From positions 896,001-960,000 of the forward strand of contig CAWJCS010000002.1 of NCBI GenBank assembly GCA_963841435.1: a stretch of 64,000 bases of DNA, written 5' to 3'. Below the pieces are notes generated by a model that worked only from the letters and a program-made list of their open reading frames with translations, did not search any database and was not told the origin of the DNA. The translations under genes were made by a program, and so were the position numbers. Each line of letters opens with the position of its first letter. Positions within the stretch are counted from its first letter, which is position 1. The stretch is from an uncultured delta proteobacterium. Lineage in GTDB: Bacteria; Myxococcota_A; Polyangia; Polyangiales; Polyangiaceae. Positions 1 through 11,331 of this stretch are shown one piece after another.

Positions 1-293
1 CCCTCGGGCCGGCGCGACAGCGGCACGATCTTGTCCTCGTGCCAGCGGCAGCCGACGCCGGCGAGGCCGAGCGAGGCGCCCATCAGTTTCAGGAAGCTTC
101 GCCGCTCGGGCGACGATTCGGGCAGCGCCTCGGGGGGAGCGGCGAATTCGCGTTCGAGCAGCGCGCGAAACTCGGGAAGGTTGTTGAGCTCGGCGAAGCT
201 GCGCCAGAAGCGCGGACGCGCGGTCGAGGCGGTGGCCCCGGTCGCTTCGCGCTTCGGGTCCGAGGACCTCTCGTCGTCTTTCAGCGATGACAT
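1..293 (-). CDS. actB: Alternative complex III subunit ActB (TAT-variant molybdopterin oxidoreductase-like), 5' part only; runs off the window edge
   Basis: Manual translation from ATG at 293: MSSLKDD...RFWRSFAEL...EREF...[30 protein letters not shown], the typical ActB N-terminus with a twin-arginine motif. Overlaps the actA stop. Confidence 0.85.
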   Translation of the reverse strand, partial: MSSLKDDERSSDPKREATGATASTARPRFWRSFAELNNLPEFRALLEREFAAPPEALPESSPERRSFLKLMGASLGLAGVGCRWHEDKIVPLSRRPE

Positions 294-937
294 GTCGAAC
301 AATCCGTCGGGGGATTGAGGTGGTTCTTTTCGCGCAGCATCTTGCCGTACTCGAACGGATCGACGCCCTCGGGCGGGGCCCAGTCCATGTTCGTCACCTC
401 TTCGGGCGGCCTGAGATTCTTCTCGGGCTCGCGGTGGCAATCGAGGCACCAGCTCATGCTCAACGGCTCGTGCTGGAAGACCTCTTCCATCTGGTCCACG
501 CGGCCGTGGCAGGTGACGCAGCCGACGCCTCGGGTCACGTGCGCGCTGTGGTTGAAGTAAGCGTAGTCAGGCAGGTCGTGGACCTTGATCCACTCGACCG
601 GGTTGCCGGTTTGGTAGCTCTCACGAATGGGTCGGAGCTTCTCGCTCTTGGTCCAGATGTGCTCGTGGCAGTTCATGCACGTCCCCGACGGCGGGATCGC
701 GGCATGGGCAGCCTGCTCCACCGTGTTGTGGCAGTAGCGGCAGTCGAGCCCCAGCGTGCCGGCGTGCAGCGCGTGGCTGTACGGCACTGGCTGTTTTGGC
801 TCGTAACCTACGTCCGTGGTTTTCGGCGAGGCGCCATACCAAATGAGCCCCGTCAGGTAGATGGGGGCGCCTCCTAGGAGGGCACCCGCGAGCGCTCGTG
901 TCTTGTTCGCCCAGCGCGGGAATACGAAGGGGGTCAT
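281..937 (-). CDS. actA: Pentaheme cytochrome c3-family protein, alternative complex III subunit ActA
   Basis: Five CxxCH motifs (CRYCH, CMNCH, CVTCH, CLDCH, CSTCH), QPVPYSH and FNHSAHV segments, N-terminal TM helix. Start placed at ATG 937. Confidence 0.9.
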   Translation of the reverse strand: MTPFVFPRWANKTRALAGALLGGAPIYLTGLIWYGASPKTTDVGYEPKQPVPYSHALHAGTLGLDCRYCHNTVEQAAHAAIPPSGTCMNCHEHIWTKSEKLRPIRESYQTGNPVEWIKVHDLPDYAYFNHSAHVTRGVGCVTCHGRVDQMEEVFQHEPLSMSWCLDCHREPEKNLRPPEEVTNMDWAPPEGVDPFEYGKMLREKNHLNPPTDCSTCHR

Positions 938-1237
938 CGAGGATTTAGGCGATGAGGCCGTCCAGCCCCCAATTTTGCGGGGCACACCGCCTCAGGGAGC
1001 CATGGGCAGGGGTAATTCCAAGGGTCGCGAGGCCCGGGCCCCGGGGGGCCCGGCTTTTCTCGACGCGCGACCTTATGCGCCGACGGCTCTGAAATGTAAA
1101 TGCCCCCTGCCGCGACAGTCCAAAGCCACCGAATTTACAGGTACTTTTTACCTGTTTCGGGATGGGACGCGCTGGCCGATTTTGACGGGACCGAGGCGGG
1201 AGCTCGGGCCGGCGGGGGCCGCCGGCCCTGAGTCCCC

Positions 1238-2692
1238 TCAGAACTCGCGCATTTGCTTACGGATTTTGCCGATCGCCTGCTCTTGGAGCTGCCGGATGCG
1301 TTCCCGGGACAAGTTGTACTTGTCACCGATCTCCTTCAGCGTGAGCTCGTCCTCGTTGTCGAGGCCGAAGCGCCAGCGAATGATCCGCGACTCGATCGGG
1401 GTGAGGGTACCGAGCAGCCGCTGGACCTCCTGCGCCCACTTCTGGTTCGCGAGGTTGTCGTAGGGCGACAGCATGTTCTCCTCGACCAGAAAATCGATGA
1501 AGCGGCGCCCGTCCTCGTCACCGACGGGGCGGTCTAGCGAGAACGGCGTGTCGGCGTAGAGATCCTTCACCTTGTCGAGCTTGTCGCGCGGGACGCCAGT
1601 CTCCTTCTCGAGCTCCTCGACGGTCGGCTCGCGACCCGTGCGCGCGATGATGGTCTGCGTGGCGCGGGAGACACGATTGTACGTGTCGAGCATGTGCACG
1701 GGGATGCGCACGGCTCGCCCCTTGTCGGCGAGGGCGCGGCTGATTGCGTGGCGAATCCACCAGGACGCGTAGGTGGAGAATCGGTAGCCGCGCGTGTGGT
1801 CGAAGCGCTCCACCGCCTTCATGAGGCCGATGTTGCCCTCCTGGATGAGATCGATGAGCGGTAGCCGGCCGCGGTTGTAGCGGCGCGCGATGCTCACGAC
1901 GAGGCGGAGGTTCGCCTTGACGAAGCGGTTCTTCGCCGTGCGCTGCGCGTTGTCGGTCGCTCGCGTGCGGCTGATGTAACGCTTGTAGGCGGGCGTCTCC
2001 GGCACGGGCTCGTGATCGAAGTCGTCGTCGCCGGGTTCGAGACCGAAGCGACGAGCGAGACGCTGGGCGTTCGCCATCCAGATGCGATCCGAGTCCGGCA
2101 GGCGCACTTCTCGCGCCAGCCCGGCGGCAAACGCGTTCCACTGACGCGTCTGGTCGGCGTTCAGCTTGGAGCGCTGCTTGCGGTACACCTTCGCAAGCCT
2201 GCGGAGCTCGGCGATCTGGGGCAGGTCGGGGCGCTCCTCGGGGGCCAGCGTCGAGACGTCGCGCTCGAGCCCGTCGAGCATCGCCTCGGCAGCGGGGACG
2301 TATGCGAGGAGTGCGACCCAGTGATCGATCTCCGCCTGCTCCACGTTCTGGGCGGCCGAGAGCTCCTCGTCCGGGCCCATGACCTGGTGGGTTGCCATGT
2401 CGCGGAAGTAGCGAGACAGCATCGAATCGGTCGAGCTATCGACCTCCGCGGGCATCGACTCACCGGTCTCCATGAAGCCCTCCGTCGTGTCGGGGGCCTC
2501 CGAGGAGCGGACTGACGACGCGCTGCGGACGCGCGTGTCCTCCGCTTCGTCCGTGTAGTTGGCGGGGCTGCTCGAAGGAGCTCGGCTGCTGAGCGCAGCC
2601 TTCCCCGAGGCCGGGCTGGACTCCGGGGCGATCGAGGGGCTCGGACCCTTGGTGGCCTGCCGGTGGGTGGCTGATTGGGAACGGGCGCTCAT
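1238..2692 (-). CDS. RNA polymerase sigma-70 family factor (RpoD-like paralog)
   Basis: Region 1.2 (SRYFRDM), region 2 ([12 protein letters not shown]...[32 protein letters not shown]) and region 4 ([17 protein letters not shown]). Ser/Pro-rich N-terminus instead of a recognisable region 1.1. Confidence 0.92.
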   Translation of the reverse strand: MSARSQSATHRQATKGPSPSIAPESSPASGKAALSSRAPSSSPANYTDEAEDTRVRSASSVRSSEAPDTTEGFMETGESMPAEVDSSTDSMLSRYFRDMATHQVMGPDEELSAAQNVEQAEIDHWVALLAYVPAAEAMLDGLERDVSTLAPEERPDLPQIAELRRLAKVYRKQRSKLNADQTRQWNAFAAGLAREVRLPDSDRIWMANAQRLARRFGLEPGDDDFDHEPVPETPAYKRYISRTRATDNAQRTAKNRFVKANLRLVVSIARRYNRGRLPLIDLIQEGNIGLMKAVERFDHTRGYRFSTYASWWIRHAISRALADKGRAVRIPVHMLDTYNRVSRATQTIIARTGREPTVEELEKETGVPRDKLDKVKDLYADTPFSLDRPVGDEDGRRFIDFLVEENMLSPYDNLANQKWAQEVQRLLGTLTPIESRIIRWRFGLDNEDELTLKEIGDKYNLSRERIRQLQEQAIGKIRKQMREF

Positions 2693-3128
2693 GATTGACT
2701 CCAGACAGAAACGTGCATGCAAAAATCGATCCGCGCGGGCGGGGGCGTGGGGACAGGCTCAGGGCGAAGCGGGTGGGGTAGACGAACGCGCGTGCGGCCG
2801 GCAACGCCGTGACCACCCGCTGAGACGAACGAGGAGCGAACAAAGTTCCCTAGGGTTAGTTGCGAACGACGATGGCTCATGTCAAATGAAACGACTTTCG
2901 TTAAGTACGCGCCGCGGAGGGGGTTGGATTCAGAAGATCGAGCGGCAGAATTCTCGCAAGGGTGAGCACAATGGGGCGAGTTCTCTAGGACGCGCTTCCC
3001 GTGGGGCTAGAACAGTCACACCCCCCGGGGGATTCCCGGAACACAGGGGTCGCTCAGAGTCAAGTACCCGAGAACGGCCGCACCGTGTCAGCCGCGGCAT
3101 CACGTGTTGCAATCGTTGCGGGGTGATC

Positions 3129-3147
3129 GCGGCACAGCCTGTGCCGC
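3129..3147 (-). terminator. GC-rich stem-loop downstream of pheS, possible terminator or mRNA-stabilising hairpin
   Basis: GCGGCACA-gcc-TGTGCCGC, a perfect 8-bp inverted repeat about 35 nt after the pheS stop. No clear U-tract. Confidence 0.35.
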
Positions 3148-3181
3148 CGCCGCGACCCCGACGTCCGCCCGAGGCGCGGCT

Positions 3182-4249
3182 TTAGAACTGCGCCAGGAAA
3201 CGCGGGTCGTTCTCGAAGAGCAGGCGAATGTCGGGAATGCCGTAACGGAGCATCGCCACGCGGTCGACGCCCATGCCGAAGGCAAATCCTTGAAATTCAT
3301 CAGGATCGATGCCGACATGGCCGAAGACCTCGGGATCGATCATGCCGGCTCCCAGGATCTCGAGCCAGCCCGACGCCTTGCAGACCCGGCAGTTCGCGCG
3401 CGAGCCGTCGCTTTCGCTGCAAAAGACGCAGCCCACGTCCATTTCGGCGCCGGGCTCGACGAAGGGAAAGTAGCTCGGGCGAAAGCGCGTCTTCGTGTCG
3501 GGGCCGTAGAGGCGTCGCGCAAACTCGCTGAGGACGCCCTTGAGCTCCGCGAAGCTCGTCGTGCGATCGACGACGAAACCCTCGATCTGGTGGAACATCG
3601 GCGAGTGCGTGACGTCATCGTCGCGCCGATAGACGGGACCGCCGCTCACGACGGCGAGCGGCGGCGCGTGGGAGCTCATCTCGCGGACCTGGACGGTGCT
3701 CGTGTGGGTGCGCAAAAGCGCACGGACGTTGGGCATGGCGCCCGCGACGTCCACCCAGAAGCTGTCCTGCATGTCGGTCGCTGGGTGATCGGGCGGGAAG
3801 GCGAGCTTGTCGAAGTTGTTTTCGACGCGATCGACCTCTGGACCCCACGCGACGAGGAAGCCGAGCGATCGGAAGATGTCGAGGATCTCGAGCTTGACCT
3901 GCGTCACCGGGTGGAGATGGCCGCGGGGCGTCGTCACTCGCGCGGGTAGCGTGAGGTCGAGCGGCGGCCCTTCGAGGTCGGCGCGGCGCGCCCGCTCGAC
4001 GAGCTCTCCCAGCCGCTCCTCGAAAGCCGCCTCGACGGCGGACTTGGCGCGATTCACCTGTTCGCCGAGCGCGCGGCGGGTCTCGGGCGGGGCCTTGCCG
4101 AGCGCACGCAACGGCTCGCTGAGCTCGCCCTTCTTGCCCAGGATTTCGGCGCGGACGGCACGCAGCTCGTGCTCGTTCTCCGCTGCTTTCAGGCGCGCGG
4201 TGGCGCGCGCCGTGACCGCCGCGAGGTTGACCGCGGGAGGCTCCGACAC
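3182..4249 (-). CDS. pheS: Phenylalanine--tRNA ligase alpha subunit
   Basis: GHLHP, NFDKL..PPDHPATDMQDSF, LLRTHTS, HSPMFHQIEG, RFRPSYFPFVEP, GFAFGMGVDR, ENDPRFLAQF. GTG start at 4249, just after rplT. Confidence 0.97.
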   Translation of the reverse strand: MSEPPAVNLAAVTARATARLKAAENEHELRAVRAEILGKKGELSEPLRALGKAPPETRRALGEQVNRAKSAVEAAFEERLGELVERARRADLEGPPLDLTLPARVTTPRGHLHPVTQVKLEILDIFRSLGFLVAWGPEVDRVENNFDKLAFPPDHPATDMQDSFWVDVAGAMPNVRALLRTHTSTVQVREMSSHAPPLAVVSGGPVYRRDDDVTHSPMFHQIEGFVVDRTTSFAELKGVLSEFARRLYGPDTKTRFRPSYFPFVEPGAEMDVGCVFCSESDGSRANCRVCKASGWLEILGAGMIDPEVFGHVGIDPDEFQGFAFGMGVDRVAMLRYGIPDIRLLFENDPRFLAQF

Positions 4250-4266
4250 GGCGCGAGGCTCCGACT

Positions 4267-4620
4267 TCAGTTGGCGGAAGCCGCGAGCCCCACGAGCTTC
4301 TTGAAGGCTTCCGAGTCGTTCACGGCCATCTCGGCGAGCATCTTGCGGTCGAGCTCGATGCCAGCCTCGCCGAGGGCCGCGATGAGGCGGGAGTAGGTCG
4401 TGCCGTTCTCTCGGCAGGCCGCGTTGATGCGTGTGATCCAGAGCCGGCGGAAATCGCGCTTGCGGAGCTTGCGCCCGGCGTAGGCGTACTGCCACGACTT
4501 CCAGAGAACGTGCATCGCCTGGCGGTAGCGGTTCTTCCGCCCACCGAAGAACCCCTCCACCTGATCGAGGACGCGCTTGTGGCGACGGCGGGGGGAGGGA
4601 CCACGTTTGACGCGGGACAT
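4267..4620 (-). CDS. rplT: 50S ribosomal protein L20
   Basis: MSRVKRG...[24 protein letters not shown]...[10 protein letters not shown]. Confidence 0.98.
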   Translation of the reverse strand: MSRVKRGPSPRRRHKRVLDQVEGFFGGRKNRYRQAMHVLWKSWQYAYAGRKLRKRDFRRLWITRINAACRENGTTYSRLIAALGEAGIELDRKMLAEMAVNDSEAFKKLVGLAASAN

Positions 4621-4638
4621 GGGATGAGCCTCTCTTCG

Positions 4639-4836
4639 TCAGCCGTAGGGGAGCATGATCTTGACGCGCTCGGCGAGCGGCCCGGCGACCATGTCGTTGT
4701 TGCGCAGACGCCGACGGCGCTTGCGGTTCTTACCGTTCATATTGTGCTGGGCTCCACCCTTGGGACGGCGGACCCTCCCCGAGCCAGAGACCTTGAAGCG
4801 CTTGTGGGCCGCGCGGTTGGTCTTCATCTTCGGCAT
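4639..4836 (-). CDS. rpmI: 50S ribosomal protein L35
   Basis: MPKMKTNRAAHKRFKVSGSG...RRLR...MLPYG, immediately upstream of rplT. Confidence 0.97.
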   Translation of the reverse strand: MPKMKTNRAAHKRFKVSGSGRVRRPKGGAQHNMNGKNRKRRRRLRNNDMVAGPLAERVKIMLPYG

Positions 4837-4876
4837 GGCTGTTCCAGACCCCAGGCAGGCCGCCCGGGAGCGCGGA

Positions 4877-4905
4877 CTTATGACGGATGCAGCGGGCTTC
4901 GTCAA
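4877..4905 (-). promoter_or_regulatory. Candidate sigma-70 promoter of rpmI-rplT-pheS
   Basis: Minus strand TTGACG (4905-4900), 17-bp spacer, CATAAG (4882-4877), about 40 nt before the rpmI ATG. The -10 match is imperfect. Confidence 0.35.
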
Positions 4906-4965
4906 GCAATGGCCGGCACCCCTGACTCTTGGGACCCCCTCACACCGGCTCGGCGGTCGGGAGGC

Positions 4966-6508
4966 TCAGGGTGGCAGGCAGATCCGGTAGCGCTGGACCC
5001 GGAGGTCGTCGCCACTCTGCCCGGGCTCGATGAAGCCGAGAGCCAGGTGGTCGGGAGGGACGAAGGCAAGGGCCGGCCAGTCGGGCCCTCGGAAGTCCGG
5101 CGCGGCGGTTGACGCCACGCTCACGAGCAGGGGGTCCCCGAGGGGCGTGCTAGTCGGCTCCGACGCAAAGGGCACGCGCCCGAAGTCCACGCGGCTCGGG
5201 ATCAGGAGCAGGGCGGCCGTCGGCTCCGCGGTCACTTCGTCGAGGCCCAGGATCGGGACGGCCTGGAGCAGTGAGACAACGCCGTTCGGGTCGCCCGGTC
5301 GGACGGCCGCGAGCGTCACCGAGTTGCGAATCAGGTTCGCCTGGCTCATCGCCGAGCAGCTCGCGTCGTCCTCCATGCACCCACTCGCGCCGCAGCCGAT
5401 GGCGCGGCCGTCCGTCGTGAGCCAGCCCTCGTCGTTGGCGGTGGCCGGCGCGAACTTCGTCCAAGATGCCAGCCAAAACCCAGGGATCGTGGTGTCGGCC
5501 ACCGAGGAGCTCAGGTACTCGCCAGCGGCCGTCTGGCACTCGGTGACCGGGAAGGGCGAGAAGGCAGGCGCCTCGGCGAAGACGCCGCCCCCACTCGCCG
5601 TGTAAAGGACGACGGGTTGGTTCGTGACCGTGCCGAACAGCGAAAGCGTGGTCGCCGCCGTGCCGGCCGAGAGCGTGGCCGGTGTCGCGAGGGACCCACC
5701 CGTGAGCGCCACCGTCTGCTCCTCGGTGATCCATGCCGTGTAGACGCTGCCGGCGAGCAGCGCGGCCTGGGGATAGTTGTACGGCAAGGCCGACCAGTAG
5801 TCCGAGCCCACGGGAGCCCGGAGCCGCGGGGCGAAGCTCATGTCGAGCACGAGGTGCCAGACGCGCGAGCCCGTGCCCACGCGATCCTCGAGCGCGACGA
5901 AACCGTGCAGGAGGCCGAGCGATTGCTCGACGACGAGGCCGGCGGCGCTGAGTGGGGCGCCGGCCGTGCTGTCGAGGTTCAGCCCACCGAGCGTTGCAAT
6001 CTCGGCGAGGTCGTCCCCGGTCGCGCCCAGCCGGTAGAACGTGACCTCCCGCGTCCCGGAGGTCTCGGAGAAGCTCGACAGGAAGAAGGCGTCGGCAGCG
6101 CTGGCGAGCGTGACGCGATAGTGCGCGTCGGCGGGGATACGCTCGTCGATGCCGTCGAGCACGACTCCCGTGACGGGCGAGTGCATGCAGGCGCCCGTCG
6201 GTGGTGCAGCCGTCGTCGGTACACGGGTTCTCGTCGTCGCACTCCGGCGGGCACTCCGCAGCGCCGCCGCCGCCCGCCTCGCCCGTCGTCGCGCCCGCCC
6301 CGCCGCTGCCCGCGCCCGCCTCCATGGTCGCATCGCCGCCGCGGCCGCTGCTCGTGCCGCCGGCACCCGCTCCCGCGCGGCCGGCGGCACCGCCCGCCAC
6401 GGGGGCGCCGGCCCCTCCGGTGAGCCCGTCGAAGTCGAGCACGAAGCTGCAGGCGACGAGGCCGGGCAGCGTGAGGGCGGCGAGGCGGGCGGGCTTTTTC
6501 GTCTGCAT
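4966..6508 (-). CDS. Hypothetical secreted lipoprotein (Gly-rich linker, CDDxNPCTxDxC repeat), interrupted by an apparent +1 frameshift at about 6194-6196
   Basis: N-terminal part in one frame (MQTKKPARLAALTLPGLVA-C lipobox, Gly-rich linker, CDDENPCTDDGC). Coding-like sequence continues in another frame (ACMHSPVTGVVLDG...RYRICLPP*). Removing one G joins them. Confidence 0.7.
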
Positions 6509-6509
6509 T

Positions 6510-7340
6510 TCAGAACCGGATTCGAGCCGTGGCCCGCGCGCCGTCGGCGGCGACGCCGAGCCGCACTTCGCTCTGTGATGCCCTCTCGGAGGAATCGTTC
6601 GAGAAGAGGAGTACGATGCCGACGCCCGCGCTCACGATGGCCGCACCCGTCGCGAGGGTGCTCGCGAGCGCGAGCGTCTTGCCCGGAGCGACGTTGTGGT
6701 CGGTACACTGTGGGCTGCACGACGACTTCAGGTCCTCGTACTTGCCGTTCGCGAGCACGCCCGTGAGGGCAGCCGCGGCCGTTGCGACCCCCGCCACGCC
6801 GAACAGGGCGAGCGACGCTACCGGGCTCGGCGATTCCTTCGGCGCGGGGGGCGGCGCCGGTGGCGGTGGTGGTGGCGGGGAGCTCGCCTGAGCGGCGGGC
6901 CGTGGCTGAGGCTCGGGCGCCGTGGCCCGAGCAGGAACAGGCGCGACCGCGGGCGAAAGGGCGCGCCGTTTTTCGAGGTTTTGCAGGCGAAGTCGCGTGG
7001 TTTCCGCGTGTTCGCCCCGGGGCTCGGCGGCAAGATAGCCTTGGAGCGCCGTGATCGCTGCGTCGAGATCGCCGCGCCGCTCCTGGACCGTGGCGATGTT
7101 GAGCAGGATCGCCGGGCGCTTCGAGAGCTCGTAGGCTTTCTCGAACGCTTTCAGCGCGTTCTCGAGATCGCTCTCCTCGAGGTAGGCCACGCCTGAGTCG
7201 AAATGGCGGCGCGCGAGGTCGTCCGAGCTGGCCGAAGGCGTGGGGTCCTCGGCGAGCGCGGGCAGTGCCACGACTTGCACGACGAGGCACGACGCGACCG
7301 ACAACGTCCAACGTGCGGCGGCCGATTTCCGCGCCAGCAT
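6510..7340 (-). CDS. Tetratricopeptide-repeat envelope protein
   Basis: Signal peptide (..ALA-ED), TPR helices (ARRHFDSG..AFEKAYEL..ILLNIA..AITALQGYL), Pro-rich linker, two hydrophobic helices flanking a CSPQC loop, terminal Phe. Confidence 0.8.
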   Translation of the reverse strand: MLARKSAAARWTLSVASCLVVQVVALPALAEDPTPSASSDDLARRHFDSGVAYLEESDLENALKAFEKAYELSKRPAILLNIATVQERRGDLDAAITALQGYLAAEPRGEHAETTRLRLQNLEKRRALSPAVAPVPARATAPEPQPRPAAQASSPPPPPPPAPPPAPKESPSPVASLALFGVAGVATAAAALTGVLANGKYEDLKSSCSPQCTDHNVAPGKTLALASTLATGAAIVSAGVGIVLLFSNDSSERASQSEVRLGVAADGARATARIRF

Positions 7341-7463
7341 CCCGCTGATCCATAGCACGATCGGTGCCGGCCCCGGAATTGCGCGTAGAAAAGCCGCGCC
7401 GCTCCCGGCTCCGAAAAACGCGCCGGAGGCGAGGGCCGGGCCGTGGTAAGCGCCGGCGTCAAC

Positions 7464-10808
<3,345 letters not shown>

Positions 10809-10839
10809 CCCGGGCGCTCGACTGGGCTAGATCTGGGGC

Positions 10840-11331
10840 GTGGCGCGTCGCTACCCCCTCGAGCCGCTGGTCACGCTGAGGCGCAGGCGGGTCGATCGGC
10901 GCGCCGAGGAGCTCGCGGCGGCCGCCGAAAAGAGCTTGCTGAAGGAGCGGGTCGCGCGCGCCGCGAGCGACCAGCGCGTCGCCGCGGAGGAGCAGGCCGC
11001 CCGTGCTCGCAGCGCCGAGCAGGACGTGCTCGAACGCGGCGAGCTCTCGGCCCGCGATCTCGCGCAGGGGGCGCTGCACCGTCTCACGGTCGATGCCCAG
11101 CTCAACGCGCTGTCGCGCCGGGAGGCCGATGCGGGCGCGCGCGCTCTCGAGGCGTCGGGCCGCGAGGCGCAGGCGCGCGCCGAGCTCGGCCGGGCGCGGG
11201 CGGAGCACGAGGCCGTCGAGCGGCACCAGCGCCGCTTTCGCGCCGCGGAGCAGCGGGCGAGCGAGCGTTCGGAGGAGGACGCTGCCGCCGACCGCTTCCT
11301 CGCGGCGCGACGGGGAGCCCGGCGGGGTTGA
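10840..11331 (+). CDS. Coiled-coil protein resembling FliJ/SctO (YscO)
   Basis: N-terminal YPLEPLVTLR; all-helical Ala/Glu/Arg-rich body; C-terminal RAEHEAVERH..ERSEEDAAAD pattern similar to FliJ-family ends. Recognised by eye only. Confidence 0.5.
   Translation: MARRYPLEPLVTLRRRRVDRRAEELAAAAEKSLLKERVARAASDQRVAAEEQAARARSAEQDVLERGELSARDLAQGALHRLTVDAQLNALSRREADAGARALEASGREAQARAELGRARAEHEAVERHQRRFRAAEQRASERSEEDAAADRFLAARRGARRG

Noticed and set aside
1034..1060. Hairpin CCGGGCCC-N4-GGGCCCGG followed by CTTTT as an intrinsic terminator
   Set aside because: The T-tract is on the plus strand while both flanking genes are on the minus strand, and pure-GC palindromes arise easily at this composition.
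4250..4495. N-terminal extension of PheS
   Set aside because: Overlaps rplT in another frame. GTG 4249 gives a normal-length PheS.
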